Positions 37,180 through 47,199 of a stretch of DNA of 64,000 bases are shown here, piece by piece (positions within the stretch are counted from its first letter, which is position 1; every line of letters starts with the position of its first letter). Location: the NCBI GenBank assembly GCA_964558415.1, contig CAZLDI010000004.1, forward strand, positions 786 to 64,785, written 5' to 3'. Below the pieces are notes generated by a model that saw only the letters and a list, made by a program, of their open reading frames with translations, made no database searches and was not told the DNA's origin. The DNA comes from an uncultured Dehalococcoidia bacterium. GTDB lineage: Bacteria > Chloroflexota > Dehalococcoidia > SM23-28-2 > RBG-16-64-32. The position numbers and the translations under genes are program-made.

Positions 37180-37896
37180 ATGATGGGCGGCACTATGTCC
37201 GCGCGCCCCGAACCGGCCGGCGACCCGATCAACGCTTTCTTTCGCGCGGCGTTGCTTATCGGCGGTGAGGCGACCCGTCTCTACCTGGTGCGGCACGCGC
37301 AGTCCCAGGGCAACACCGGGGAGGACCTGACGAGCGGCGATCCGGATCTGACCGATGTGGGCCGTGAGCACGCCAGACGGCTGGGAGTGCGCTTGGCAGG
37401 CCAGCGGCTTGACGCCGTGTACGCCAGCCCCCTGCGGCGAACGCAGCAGACGGCAGCTGCCATCGCCGACCCCGCTGGACTCGGCGTGATGTCCAAGGCG
37501 GACCTCAGGGAAGTGGATTTGGGACAAGCCGACTTCGATATCCGTCTACTGCCGGCCCGGGAGCAGACCGCCGTCGCGGAGCGCATCATCTCAGAAGGGA
37601 CGTGGGATGCCTTTCCCGGCAGCGAAGGCAGCGTGAACGCCCGTAGGCGTGTACGCGCAGCGGTCGACGAGATCGTCGCCGCGAACGAAGGAAAGCGCGT
37701 GGCGATCGTCACCCACGCGGGATTTATCCAGACGTATGTCAGCCTGGTCCTGGGTCTAGAACGCGACTACGCGTTTTATCCCTTCAACGCCAGCATCACG
37801 TCGATCCGCGCGAAGGGAGACCGGCGGATCCTCTGGCGCCTGAACGACATCGCCCATCTGGAGGGCATGGCGACAGGATTCGGCGGAATATCGTAG
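37180..37896 (+). CDS. Histidine phosphatase family protein (phosphoglycerate mutase-like)
   Basis: RLYLVRHAQSQGN is the RHG motif. Confidence 0.8.
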   Translation: MMGGTMSARPEPAGDPINAFFRAALLIGGEATRLYLVRHAQSQGNTGEDLTSGDPDLTDVGREHARRLGVRLAGQRLDAVYASPLRRTQQTAAAIADPAGLGVMSKADLREVDLGQADFDIRLLPAREQTAVAERIISEGTWDAFPGSEGSVNARRRVRAAVDEIVAANEGKRVAIVTHAGFIQTYVSLVLGLERDYAFYPFNASITSIRAKGDRRILWRLNDIAHLEGMATGFGGIS

Positions 37897-37909
37897 GCGT
37901 GGAGCCGGT

Positions 37910-38128
37910 CTAGTACTCGAACGAAGGGGCGACGGTCGCGCGAGTGGCGCGCACGCTCTGAGTCCGGTACACGCGAATGTTCTCCGCGGGCACCCCCTGG
38001 TCACGAAGTCCCTGCGCGTAGGCCTGGGCCGTCCAGGTGTCCGGCCAGATCATTCGCGAGATGTCGTCCCCCTGGAGCACAACCACGACGAACTGCGCGT
38101 CGGTTTGGCGATCCGTTTCTGTCATCAC
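37910..38128 (-). CDS. Hypothetical small protein
   Basis: A 72-aa ORF with strong G/C third-position bias. Confidence 0.45.
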   Translation of the reverse strand: MMTETDRQTDAQFVVVVLQGDDISRMIWPDTWTAQAYAQGLRDQGVPAENIRVYRTQSVRATRATVAPSFEY

Positions 38129-38202
38129 ATCACAAGACTACAGTTACCAGGTTACGAGATGGGTAAACGCCGGCGCCCAAGTCAGTGAAGGATCGGTAAA
38201 GT

Positions 38203-39336
38203 CTAGACCAACTGACCCCGCTCTGGCACCTCGTAGCGATCGAGCTTCTCCTCATCTAGCTCAATCCCCAAGCCGGGGCCCTGTGGCAGCTGCACGTATC
38301 CCTCGGAGTCAATACGCAAAGGCTCCTTGAAGATGAAATCGCGGTCCTCCGGCATCCAGTTCGGTGGGTCGTAAGGGAATTCGATGTACGGGACACGTTC
38401 CCCGGCCGCTGCGCAGTGCAGATTGGCGACCATGCCGATGCCGTTGGTCCATGTGTGCGGAGTGAAGACCTTGCCCGCACTCTGCACCATCGCGGCGATC
38501 TTGCGGGTCGTAGAGATGCCCCCGATGAACGTGCAGTCCGGTTGGTAGACGTCGAAGCAGCCCTTCTCCAGATAGATCCTGATCTCTTCCGGGCCGCGGT
38601 TCAGCTCACCGCCCGCCAGCCGCAGGGTAGTCAGCCGGGACCGCAGTTCCGCGAGCCCTTCGTAGTCGTAGGCGTCCAGCGGTTCCTCCAACCAGTACAC
38701 GCCGTAGTCCTCCATCGCCTTTGCGGCGTAAATCGCTGTCTTGAGGTCCCAGCGGTGGGGCTGCCGGTCAGGTACAATGCGCCAACCCCAGTTGGCGTCC
38801 ACCATGATATCGATGTCGTTGCCGACGGACTTACGCACCGCCGCCAGAGTCTTGATGTCGTCGCGCACGTCCGGGCTGTGAAAGCGCAGCTTCATTGCCT
38901 TGAATCCCGCTGCCACCGTTTGCTGAGCCGCGTCTACCCGCGGGCCGGTCGTTCGGCACTCGCCGCTGGAGGCGTACGCCTTGAGCTTCGACGAACCGCC
39001 GCCCAACAGCTTGTAGATCGGTTGGCCCGTCGCTTTGCCGATGATGTCCCACAAAGCGATCTCGACCGGCCACGGTCGCCCGACGAAGAACGCCATGGAG
39101 CGGAGATTCGCCACGTGCTGCTCGATGTCGAACGGGTCCTGCCCAGCAAGAAACAGACCCGCCACCTCCCAGCGCACGGGCACGCCGCCCGAGCCGATGC
39201 CGACGATACCCTCGTCAGTGTGCACCTCAACCATGTGGATGCGTGCGTTAACGGTCGGAAGCGGCTGCCACGTTGGATGGAAGGGTTTCGGCATCGGATA
39301 TTCGAAGAGACGGACCTTGACCTGAGTGATCTTCAT
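38203..39336 (-). CDS. Mandelate racemase/muconate lactonizing enzyme family (enolase superfamily) protein
   Basis: An N-terminal capping domain and a TIM barrel with conserved metal-ligand spacing. Confidence 0.85.
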   Translation of the reverse strand: MKITQVKVRLFEYPMPKPFHPTWQPLPTVNARIHMVEVHTDEGIVGIGSGGVPVRWEVAGLFLAGQDPFDIEQHVANLRSMAFFVGRPWPVEIALWDIIGKATGQPIYKLLGGGSSKLKAYASSGECRTTGPRVDAAQQTVAAGFKAMKLRFHSPDVRDDIKTLAAVRKSVGNDIDIMVDANWGWRIVPDRQPHRWDLKTAIYAAKAMEDYGVYWLEEPLDAYDYEGLAELRSRLTTLRLAGGELNRGPEEIRIYLEKGCFDVYQPDCTFIGGISTTRKIAAMVQSAGKVFTPHTWTNGIGMVANLHCAAAGERVPYIEFPYDPPNWMPEDRDFIFKEPLRIDSEGYVQLPQGPGLGIELDEEKLDRYEVPERGQLV

Positions 39337-39467
39337 GGGCGGCTCCTTGGTCTTCGCAGATCGTATGGAATGGCCGAGCGCGGGTCAAACCTGTCAGGGG
39401 ATGAGGAAGGCACTAACGGATCGGCCTCCGCCGCGCCTCTTGCCCAGGGGCGCCGCTGTGGTCGCAC

Positions 39468-40397
39468 CTAACCCTTCGACGACTCCAGCTTGGCCTTGAA
39501 CACCGCCTTCTGGGTATCGAATTCCTCGCGCGCTTTCGCGATTTGCTCGGGCGTCAGGTCCAGGCGGTAGAAGTCCTCCTTCCACAACGAGTCTTCGGAC
39601 CAACGGTAAGGCGATTGCACCGTCGTACGAGGCGCGCGCGCCGCTTCAAGCAGGTCGAGCGCCATCGCGACCAAGCCTCGTTGGCTTTCCAGATCGCCCG
39701 GCTTCCCGCAGGAGTTCCCCAGCGGGAAGTCGCTGAAGAGGAATCGGGCAACACCGGCGTGCTCGACAATGTCGCGGGCGCAGCCCATCACCACCGTGGG
39801 GATGCCGTTTGCTTCGAGGTGGCGGGCAGTCAGACTCACGGTCTGGTGGCAAACCGGTCAGGTCGCAACCAAAATCGCCACATCTATGCCATCCTCACGG
39901 CACATGTCGAGAATTTTCGGGGCGTCGCGTTCGGTGGTAAGACGCCGACTGCGGAGCGTGGGTACTGCGTAGAACCGGCTGTTGAGCCCACCCATTCGCC
40001 CGGCGGCCGCCGCTTCCTTGAGCCGCTGGAGGGGAAAGTAAGAGTTGATATCTTCGGCTGAGGTGTGCTTGCGATCGTAGCCGAGGTGGGCGATCCGGAG
40101 GTCCGGCGAGGAGTCGATGGGCATGCTGTAGACCTCGGTGAACTTCGCCGAAGCGTTATAGGGAGCCCATGGACCCTGGTCGCCGGCGTCCGGCTTGAAA
40201 GGCGCAGCAGTGGTGATCAGGCCCACATGGCTGCGAGTCAGAGGCCTGGTCAAGGCTACGAATGGCACGTCCCGGTTCTGCGCCCAGCGGTACGGGTTGT
40301 CGTAGCCCAGAGCCAGGTAATAGGCGCGGGAACGGTCGATGTAGCGAATAGGCAGGTCAAGGACGGCTTCGATTGGTTTCCCGGAAAGCTGGACCAT
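39468..40397 (-). CDS. Glycine/sarcosine/betaine/D-proline reductase selenoprotein B (GrdB/PrdB) family protein, with an in-frame TGA (putative selenocysteine) at 39858-39860
   Basis: The two tracked ORFs (39858..40397 and 39468..39839) are in the same frame. The only thing separating them is the TGA. The joined sequence reads ...GIDVAILVAT-U-PVCHQTVSL..., giving a U-x-x-C redox motif. The downstream ORF has no RBS of its own. Confidence 0.6.
39837..39857 (-). promoter_or_regulatory. Candidate SECIS-like hairpin immediately 3' of the UGA: CGGUUUG-CCAC-CAGACCG
   Basis: A 7-bp stem (including one G-U pair) with a 4-nt loop begins 1 nt after the TGA on the mRNA strand. It is a weak match to the bacterial SECIS element. 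Confidence 0.25.
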
Positions 40398-40495
40398 CAG
40401 CGCAACCTCCGTGCGACAACAAATATACTGCAGGCAGGCGGGTCAGACTAATCCGCTAAAGTAGCGCGAACAGGTTAAAAGAAGGAGACCGTCTC

Positions 40496-41611
40496 ATGCC
40501 CGGACCACTGGATGGCATCCGCGTTCTGGACTTCACGATCGCCCAGCAGGGCCCGTACGCGACGCTCCTGCTGGCGGATATGGGAGCGGAGGTGATTAAG
40601 GTGGAACGCCCCGACTGGGGAGAAGTCGGACGCCTCCTGGGCAAAGCCTATTTCCTGGCGATCAACCGGGGGAAGAAGAGCCTGGCCCTGGACGTGACCA
40701 CGGAAGCAGGGAGGGACACGGCGCTCCGCCTCGCCCGCGGGTGCGACGTAGTGGCGCACAACTTCCGGCCGGGGGTGATGGAGAGGCTTGGCCTCGGCTA
40801 CGACGCGTTCCGCGCCGAAAACTCGGGCATCGTCTACGCCGGTGCGTCCGCCTTCGGGACCAGGGGGCCGATGGGCAAGAAGCCCGGGAACGACATCCTC
40901 GCGCAGGCGATGAGCGGCCTTATGAGCGTCACCGGCGAGACTGAAGCGCCGAACGCCGCCGGGGCGGCCATTGCTGACCACGTTGGGGCGTTGACCTTCG
41001 CGCTTGGCATCGTCTCTGCTCTTGTCTGTCGTGAGCGAACCGGCATCGGACAGCAGGTCGAGACATCTCTGCTGGGAAGCATGCTCGCAGCCCAATCGTG
41101 GGAGCTTACCAGCTTCATGATGTCCGGTCAGAAGCTACCCAAGGCGGGCCGCGGACATACGCACCTCTTCTGGCAGTGGTACACCTATCGCACCGCCGAT
41201 GGCTGGCTGGCCATCGGCGGTGTGGACCCGTCACGCTGGCCGGCGTTCTGCCGCGCGATCGATGCTCCGGAACTCGAAACGGACGAGAAATGGGACGGCC
41301 CGGGGAAGCGTATACGTGACCGCGACGAGCTAAACGCGCTCCTGGACGGGCACCTCTCGACGCGAGCGACCGCGGCGTGGCTTCCGGCGCTCGAGGCGGC
41401 CGACATCTTCTGCGCGCCGGTGCTGGACTACGAACAGGTGGCGCGTGACGAGCAGGTTGCCGCTAACGAATACCTGGCGACGATGGACCATCCGCGAATG
41501 GGCCAAACGCGCGTAGTCTCGTGCCCGATAACCTTCAGCGAGACGCCCGTAGGCCCGCCGGTCCCGGAGCCCGAACTGGGCGAGCACACGGAAGAGGTGC
41601 TGCGCCTGTAG
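40496..41611 (+). CDS. CoA-transferase family III (CaiB/BaiF)
   Basis: MPGPLDGIRVLDFTIAQQGPYATLLLADMGAEVIKVERP. Confidence 0.85.
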   Translation: MPGPLDGIRVLDFTIAQQGPYATLLLADMGAEVIKVERPDWGEVGRLLGKAYFLAINRGKKSLALDVTTEAGRDTALRLARGCDVVAHNFRPGVMERLGLGYDAFRAENSGIVYAGASAFGTRGPMGKKPGNDILAQAMSGLMSVTGETEAPNAAGAAIADHVGALTFALGIVSALVCRERTGIGQQVETSLLGSMLAAQSWELTSFMMSGQKLPKAGRGHTHLFWQWYTYRTADGWLAIGGVDPSRWPAFCRAIDAPELETDEKWDGPGKRIRDRDELNALLDGHLSTRATAAWLPALEAADIFCAPVLDYEQVARDEQVAANEYLATMDHPRMGQTRVVSCPITFSETPVGPPVPEPELGEHTEEVLRL

Positions 41612-41653
41612 AGCTATGGAAATGGCGAGACGGGGCGGCTGAACAACTCGCCT

Positions 41654-42916
41654 CTAACGTTCCTCTCGCTCGCGCACCAGGGGCACCGGGCTCGGGAGCG
41701 GGCCGAAGGCCACCTGCGCCTGCCGCAGCGCCGCTATCTCCGCGTCCGCCAGCCCTAGGAGCTTGCGCAAGACCTCGTCGGTGTGAGCCCCGGCGGTGGG
41801 CGGCGGACCGGAGATGCCGCCGCGGGTGCGGCTCAGCCTCACCGGCGTGTCCGCTATGCGCAGACTGAAGCCGTCCGGATGCGGCACATCCACCAGCATC
41901 TCGCGCGCCTTCACCTGGGGGTGCTCGGCGGCGTGCGGGATGTCGTTCAGAGGGCCGCAGGGCAGGCCAATCGCATCGAACTCACGCAGCCACTCGCCTG
42001 TTGTCTTCTGGCGCAGGGCATCGCTGAGCAGCGGCTCCAGCTCCGCGTGGTGACGAGTGCGCAGGCCGGGCGTCTCGAAACGGGTGTCCCCGATCAGGTC
42101 GCTGCGTCCGATCAGGGCGCAGAAGAGCTCCCACTGGTTCTCGACGCCCCACGACAGCGCGATGACGATCCAGCCGTCCTTTGTGGGGAACGCCTGAAAC
42201 GGCGTCGCCGCGGGGTGGCGCGTGCCGATCGCGCTTGGAACTTCGCCTGTCGCGAAGTAGCGCGCGAAGGCGTTCTCGAGGACGGCGATCTGGCAGTCCA
42301 GCATGCTTATGTCGACCATCTGGCCCGTGTGGCTGTGCACACGCTCATGCAGCGCTGAAAGGATGCCGATGGCGGTATAGAGTCCGGCCGTAATGTCCCC
42401 CTGCGAGTTGCCCGGACGGACCGGGTTGCCACCCGGCTCTCCGGTGATGCTCATAATGCCACCCATGCCCTGGACGATGATGTCTAGCGCGGGGCGGCCG
42501 CGATCCGGGCCGGTCTGGCCAAAGCCGGAGGTCGCCGCGTAGACGAGACGTGGGTTGCGCGCGCTCAACACCTCGTAGCCCAGCCCGAGCCCGTCCATGG
42601 TCCCGGGGGTGAAGTTCTCCATGACCACGTCGGCCTTCTCAACCAAACGCAGGAACAGGTCCTTGCCCTCTACCTTCTTCAGGTCGAGGCAAACGCTTTT
42701 CTTACCACGGTTGATCGAGAAGAAATAGGCGCTCTCATCGCCGATGTACGGTCCCGTCGTTCGAGCGACATCGCCATACGGCGGCTTTTCGATCTTGATG
42801 ACGTTCGCGCCGAGGTCGCAGAGGATCATTGACGCGAACGGGCCGGCAAGGACCCACGTGAGGTCCAGCACAGTGACATCCGTAAGGGGGCCGCGGCGGG
42901 CAATGGGCGGCTTCAT
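41654..42916 (-). CDS. CoA-transferase family III (CaiB/BaiF)
   Basis: GPLTDVTVLDLTWVLAGPFASMILCDLGANVIKIEKPP. Confidence 0.85.
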   Translation of the reverse strand: MKPPIARRGPLTDVTVLDLTWVLAGPFASMILCDLGANVIKIEKPPYGDVARTTGPYIGDESAYFFSINRGKKSVCLDLKKVEGKDLFLRLVEKADVVMENFTPGTMDGLGLGYEVLSARNPRLVYAATSGFGQTGPDRGRPALDIIVQGMGGIMSITGEPGGNPVRPGNSQGDITAGLYTAIGILSALHERVHSHTGQMVDISMLDCQIAVLENAFARYFATGEVPSAIGTRHPAATPFQAFPTKDGWIVIALSWGVENQWELFCALIGRSDLIGDTRFETPGLRTRHHAELEPLLSDALRQKTTGEWLREFDAIGLPCGPLNDIPHAAEHPQVKAREMLVDVPHPDGFSLRIADTPVRLSRTRGGISGPPPTAGAHTDEVLRKLLGLADAEIAALRQAQVAFGPLPSPVPLVREREER

Positions 42917-43011
42917 ATCATAGTGAATGATATCCGCGCGGCCGCGTCAGGCCAAAGGGCACAGACGGCAACGTATGCCGGTGAACTTACGGCGAGAAGT
43001 CTAGTCCGGGT

Positions 43012-43341
43012 CTACCAGCGACCCCCGCCGCCTCCGGAGGAGCGCTGCGGCTTCATTTTGGAGAAGCAATCGCTGCAGTACACCGGCCTGTCCTGGCGGG
43101 GCATAAACGGGACCTGCGTTTGGGCGCCGCAGTTATCGCAAGTTACGTCGTACATCTGGCGGGCGCCGCCGCCGTATCCACCGCCGCCGTCACCCCGGGA
43201 CCCTCGCCGGGCCTGCCGGCAGTTCGGGCACCTCTTCGGTTCCTGGTACCCCTTCTTGGCGTGGAACTCCTGGTCGTCCGCGCTGAACGTGAATTCGGAG
43301 TTGCACTCGACGCACGTGAGTGTGCGGTCTGTGTACGCCAC
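43012..43341 (-). CDS. Zinc-ribbon protein with two CxxC...CxxC units and Gly-rich linker and tail
   Basis: TCVECNSEF...CPNCRQ and CDNCGAQ...CSDCF, with GGGG runs between and after them. Confidence 0.55.
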   Translation of the reverse strand: MAYTDRTLTCVECNSEFTFSADDQEFHAKKGYQEPKRCPNCRQARRGSRGDGGGGYGGGARQMYDVTCDNCGAQTQVPFMPRQDRPVYCSDCFSKMKPQRSSGGGGGRW

Positions 43342-43557
43342 TCGATGACCCTCCTTAATGGCTGCGGGTTAACGTCCGGTCATCGAGCCTGAACGGAGCC
43401 GACACCTGACTTACCCTCATCCGCAGGTGGGTGATCCTGCGGAAGCTGGAAAACCTTTTCACGTGAGGTTAGCATACCACAAGAACATGAGCTATACCCA
43501 AAATTAGGTACGTCACGGTGGCTACGATCGCCCAACTGGGCGCAAGTGGCGCGGGCT

Positions 43558-44043
43558 TCAGCCGGGCTTGAAAGGTGGCCTGCCGTCGTCCAGCGGGGCA
43601 ATTGTCACGGCCTCCACATCCACTCCGAATGCGATCCGTCGAGAGATCTCATTGAGGTCGTCTTTCGCGAAGCCGTGGGTGACGAATTCCGTGCGGCTGC
43701 CCTGATCCAGCAGGAAGAGTGTGGGGGTTGCCGCAGGGTCGTAGAGGCGCGAGACGTCGTAACCAGGGGCGTCAATCAACACCGGGCATTCAATCCGCTG
43801 GCGGCGGGCGTACTCGCGCGCCGCATCGGGCGCGTCTTGGGCGATTGCCCACATCTGCCAGCCTGTGGGATATTCCTCAGTCAGGCGATTCAGGTACGGA
43901 AACGTGAGGTCGCACGTGGCGCAGGTGCTCTTGAAGAACACCAGCAAGGCCGGTTCTCCGACGACGGAGTTCGGCAAACGGTATTCACGACCGTCGATGC
44001 CCAGGAGTGTGAAGTGCGGCGCCATGGCGCCGACTTCTAACAA
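43558..44043 (-). CDS. Redoxin/TlpA-like thioredoxin-fold protein
   Basis: ALLVFFKSTCATCDL is a CxxC motif in a thioredoxin fold. Confidence 0.7.
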   Translation of the reverse strand: MLEVGAMAPHFTLLGIDGREYRLPNSVVGEPALLVFFKSTCATCDLTFPYLNRLTEEYPTGWQMWAIAQDAPDAAREYARRQRIECPVLIDAPGYDVSRLYDPAATPTLFLLDQGSRTEFVTHGFAKDDLNEISRRIAFGVDVEAVTIAPLDDGRPPFKPG

Positions 44044-44117
44044 GGTCCAGTCTCGGCCGCTATCATCTCAACCCCTCGCATATAATACCCAGCGAACTCT
44101 CCCATCGGGAAGGCAGG

Positions 44118-45119
44118 ATGACACAAGAGCCCGCGCAGGTGCATGCCCCGGAACTGGCCGGCGGATACTGGGCCAACAGCGAGCAAGTCTCGATAGAGTC
44201 GCTCCGAGGTCAGGCTGTGCTCATCGACTTCTGGGACTACACCTGCGTGAACTGCATCCGGACGCTTCCTTATGTCACAGAATGGCATCGCCGTTACAAG
44301 CAGCACGGCCTTGCCGTGATAGGCGTCCACGCCCCGGAGTTCTCCTTCGCGAAGGAACTGGACGGCGTCAAGCGCGCCATCGAGTCTTTCGGCATCGAGT
44401 ACCCGGTCGTGATGGACAACGGGTATTCCATCTGGCAGGCTTACGCAAACCGCTACTGGCCCGCGAAATACCTGGTGGACAAGGACGGCTACATCCGTTA
44501 CTACCACTTCGGTGAGGGCGGCTACGACGAGACAGAACAGGCCATCCAGACGTTGCTGCGAGAGATCCAACCCGATGCGCAGCTTCCCGATGCGATGCCC
44601 CCCGTGCGTGATTCCGACGCTTCGGGCGCGGTCTGCTATCGCGTCACTCCGGAGCTCTATCTTGGCTACAAGAGGGGCCGCATCGGGAATCCAACCGGGT
44701 ATGTCGAGAAAGAAACGGCAGTCTACAGCGACCCGGGCGCTCACGCCGAGGGTCATTTCTACCTTTCCGGCGAGTGGCGCGCCGACGAGGAGCACGTGAT
44801 GAAGCCGTGGGGTAGCGAGACCGCGAGCGACGTCACTGTGCGATACATGGCCAAGGAAGTCAACCTGGTCATGAACCCGCTCCTGGGGCGGACGTGCCGC
44901 GCTTACCTATCCCAGGATGGGCAGCATCTGCATAAAGAAGACGCGGGCCAAGACGTGGTGTTTGATCAAAACGGCAAAGCGTTCGTCGATGTGGACGCCC
45001 CACGAATGTACCGCTTGGTCAACAATCGCGAAATCGGCAACCACGAGCTGACGGTGTCCACTAGCACGCCGGGCCTCGCGCTCTACGCCTACACCTTCGC
45101 GTCGTGCGTCGTCCCCTAA
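44118..45119 (+). CDS. Thioredoxin-like (redoxin) domain protein with a C-terminal extension
   Basis: VLIDFWDYTCVNCIRTLPYV CxxC motif, followed by a ~180-aa C-terminal domain. Confidence 0.7.
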   Translation: MTQEPAQVHAPELAGGYWANSEQVSIESLRGQAVLIDFWDYTCVNCIRTLPYVTEWHRRYKQHGLAVIGVHAPEFSFAKELDGVKRAIESFGIEYPVVMDNGYSIWQAYANRYWPAKYLVDKDGYIRYYHFGEGGYDETEQAIQTLLREIQPDAQLPDAMPPVRDSDASGAVCYRVTPELYLGYKRGRIGNPTGYVEKETAVYSDPGAHAEGHFYLSGEWRADEEHVMKPWGSETASDVTVRYMAKEVNLVMNPLLGRTCRAYLSQDGQHLHKEDAGQDVVFDQNGKAFVDVDAPRMYRLVNNREIGNHELTVSTSTPGLALYAYTFASCVVP

Positions 45120-46126
45120 GTCGCGAACGCGTCAATTAACGCCTCCCTGTACGATGCCGACTCTCGCGGGTCGATCAGTTGATCCGGCGGCGTCAGGCAG
45201 ATGCTGTCCGCCAGCGCGAGGTATGGTTCCAGCAGCCGGCGCGCGTCATCGCGCGTTCCCACCACCGCCAGGAAGTCGATCATCTCGTCGCTCACCGCGT
45301 CCGCCATCGCAGCTTCGTCTCCGCGTAGGAGCGCCGCCTGAATCGCCGCGACTTCTTTCGGGAACGCGGCGAACAGAGGCTCGTAAGTGTTTACGGTGGC
45401 GTAAAATGCGATGGTTGCCGCCGCGGCGCGCCGCGCCGCCCGCACGTCATCGCTAACGGCACAGCATACTGAAAGGCAGAGGTGGAAATCCTCTCGCTTA
45501 CCTCCGCTCTCCGTCAGCCCGCGTGTCAGGGACGGCAGCACAACGTCCTGGATCCAGCGCAGCGAGTAGATAGGATGCCCCAGCAGCCCATCGGCGACCT
45601 GCGCCGCCGTCCGGATCATCCCTTCGCGCACCCCTGCGAGGTAGATGGGAATGCGCTCGCGGACGGGTTGCAGGGGCCGCCGCCAGCCCTGGATGTCGAT
45701 ATCGTAGTACTGGCCGGAAAAGCGAATGCGGTCGCCGGCGTGCGCGCGCTCCGTAATCAGGCGGACCACCTGGATACACTCGCGGATGTGCGGCGTCGGC
45801 TTCCCGTAGGCAACGCCATGCCAGCGCTCGTTCAGGCGCTTGAGGCCGGTCCCCAGTCCCAGCACGAAACGCCCGCCGGACAGGACGTCGAGGTCCAGCG
45901 CCGAAAGCGCAGTTACCCACGGGCTACGAACAAACGCCAGCGCGATCGAACTGCCGAGTCGAATACGCGACGTGCCGGTCGCGGCCGCAGCGAGCGGCAG
46001 GAACGGATCATGGAACATTTCGGACGTCCAGACCGCGTCGAAGCCTGCGGACTCCGCGCGAGCCGCGACGCTGGCGACTTCCTTCGCTGTCGCTACGCCG
46101 ATGCCCAACGAGAACCGGCTCGTCAT
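45116..46126 (-). CDS. LLM-class F420/flavin-dependent oxidoreductase
   Basis: FDAVWTSEMF...GRFVLGLGTG is the luciferase-like monooxygenase pattern. Confidence 0.8.
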   Translation of the reverse strand: MTSRFSLGIGVATAKEVASVAARAESAGFDAVWTSEMFHDPFLPLAAAATGTSRIRLGSSIALAFVRSPWVTALSALDLDVLSGGRFVLGLGTGLKRLNERWHGVAYGKPTPHIRECIQVVRLITERAHAGDRIRFSGQYYDIDIQGWRRPLQPVRERIPIYLAGVREGMIRTAAQVADGLLGHPIYSLRWIQDVVLPSLTRGLTESGGKREDFHLCLSVCCAVSDDVRAARRAAAATIAFYATVNTYEPLFAAFPKEVAAIQAALLRGDEAAMADAVSDEMIDFLAVVGTRDDARRLLEPYLALADSICLTPPDQLIDPRESASYREALIDAFAT

Positions 46127-46210
46127 GTCCCTCTTCCTTCTTCCACCAGTGTTGTATATTGGTCGCGTTCAGCCCAATGCGCCAGTTCAGACGAAATCCG
46201 TGACCCGCCC

Positions 46211-46702
46211 ATGCCAACGACACTTGAACAGCTCGCGGTGGATATCGTACGACTGCTCCAGAGACGTGGATTGACGCTCGCCGTCGCGGAATCGAGCACG
46301 GGCGGGCTGTTGGGCCAGGCGATCACAGAGGTCGCCGGAGCGTCCCAGGTCTTCGCCGGTGGCGTTATCGCCTACGACAACCACCTGAAGGAACGGATCG
46401 GCGTAGCGTCCGAAACGATCGAAGCCTTCGGAGCTGTAAGCGCGGAGGTCGCCCAGGAGATGGCGCAGTCGATCCGGGAGTGGTCAGGTAGCGAGATGGG
46501 TCTCGCGGTAACCGGCATCGCCGGGCCGGGAGGTGGCACCGATGCAAAGCCCGTGGGGACAACGTACGTTGCGGTCGCGGACGCTCGCGGCGTCGCAGAC
46601 GAACGACACTTCCTCGGTGGCGGCCGCTCCGACATCAGGCGACATTCTGCTCAGGCGGCCCTTGAACTGTTGCGCGCGAGACTGGAGTCCGAGGAGCGAT
46701 AA
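46211..46702 (+). CDS. pncC: CinA C-terminal domain protein (PncC-type nicotinamide-nucleotide amidohydrolase)
   Basis: LTLAVAESSTGGLLGQAIT...GIAGPGGGT. Only the last 163 codons of the tracked ORF 45482..46702 show codon bias and homology. Confidence 0.8.
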   Translation: MPTTLEQLAVDIVRLLQRRGLTLAVAESSTGGLLGQAITEVAGASQVFAGGVIAYDNHLKERIGVASETIEAFGAVSAEVAQEMAQSIREWSGSEMGLAVTGIAGPGGGTDAKPVGTTYVAVADARGVADERHFLGGGRSDIRRHSAQAALELLRARLESEER

Positions 46703-47187
46703 TGCCGCCGACCAAGGACGAGTTCAGGGGCGCGATGGGCCGCTTCGCGACGGGCGTGACTGTCATCACGACGCGCCTCGGAAACGACCTGCACGGTATG
46801 ACGGCGAACGCTGTGACGGCGCTCTCTCTAGAGCCGCTGATGGTGCTGGTTTGCGTGGACAAAGCAGCGGACACCCACGATATCCTGCTGCAGGCCGGCG
46901 TCTTCGCGGTTAACATCCTGAGCGAGGACCAGGCCGAGATATCGGACCGCTTCGCCAAGAAAGAGTTCGATGGGGCGCACGGGCTGGACGGCCTTCCGCA
47001 CCACCTGGCAGGCAGCGGCGCGCCGATCATCGATGGGGCACTCGCCTACCTTGACTGCCGCACGATCACAGAGCACCACGGCGGCGACCACACGATCTTC
47101 ATCGGCGAGGTGATGGAAGCGTGGGAGGCGGCCGAAGGCGACCCCCTGCTCTTCTATCGCGGCAAGTACTCCCGCGTCGCCGAATAG
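46702..47187 (+). CDS. Flavin reductase family protein (NADH:flavin oxidoreductase component)
   Basis: FRGAMGRFATGVTVITT...LAYLDC. The ATG overlaps the cinA stop (TAATG). Confidence 0.8.
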   Translation: MPPTKDEFRGAMGRFATGVTVITTRLGNDLHGMTANAVTALSLEPLMVLVCVDKAADTHDILLQAGVFAVNILSEDQAEISDRFAKKEFDGAHGLDGLPHHLAGSGAPIIDGALAYLDCRTITEHHGGDHTIFIGEVMEAWEAAEGDPLLFYRGKYSRVAE

Positions 47188-47199
47188 GCGCGGCGACTG

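Noticed and set aside
39858-39860. Reading the TGA as a genuine stop separating two genes
   Set aside because: The downstream ORF is in the same frame, lacks its own RBS and start context, and resumes with P-V-C directly after the TGA to give U-x-x-C. A Sec codon is more parsimonious, although a nonsense pseudogene cannot be excluded.
45482-46210. N-terminal 243 codons of the 406-aa ORF 45482..46702
   Set aside because: They are antisense to the LLM oxidoreductase. Only the last 163 codons, the CinA C-terminal domain starting at the ATG at 46211, show homology and proper codon bias.
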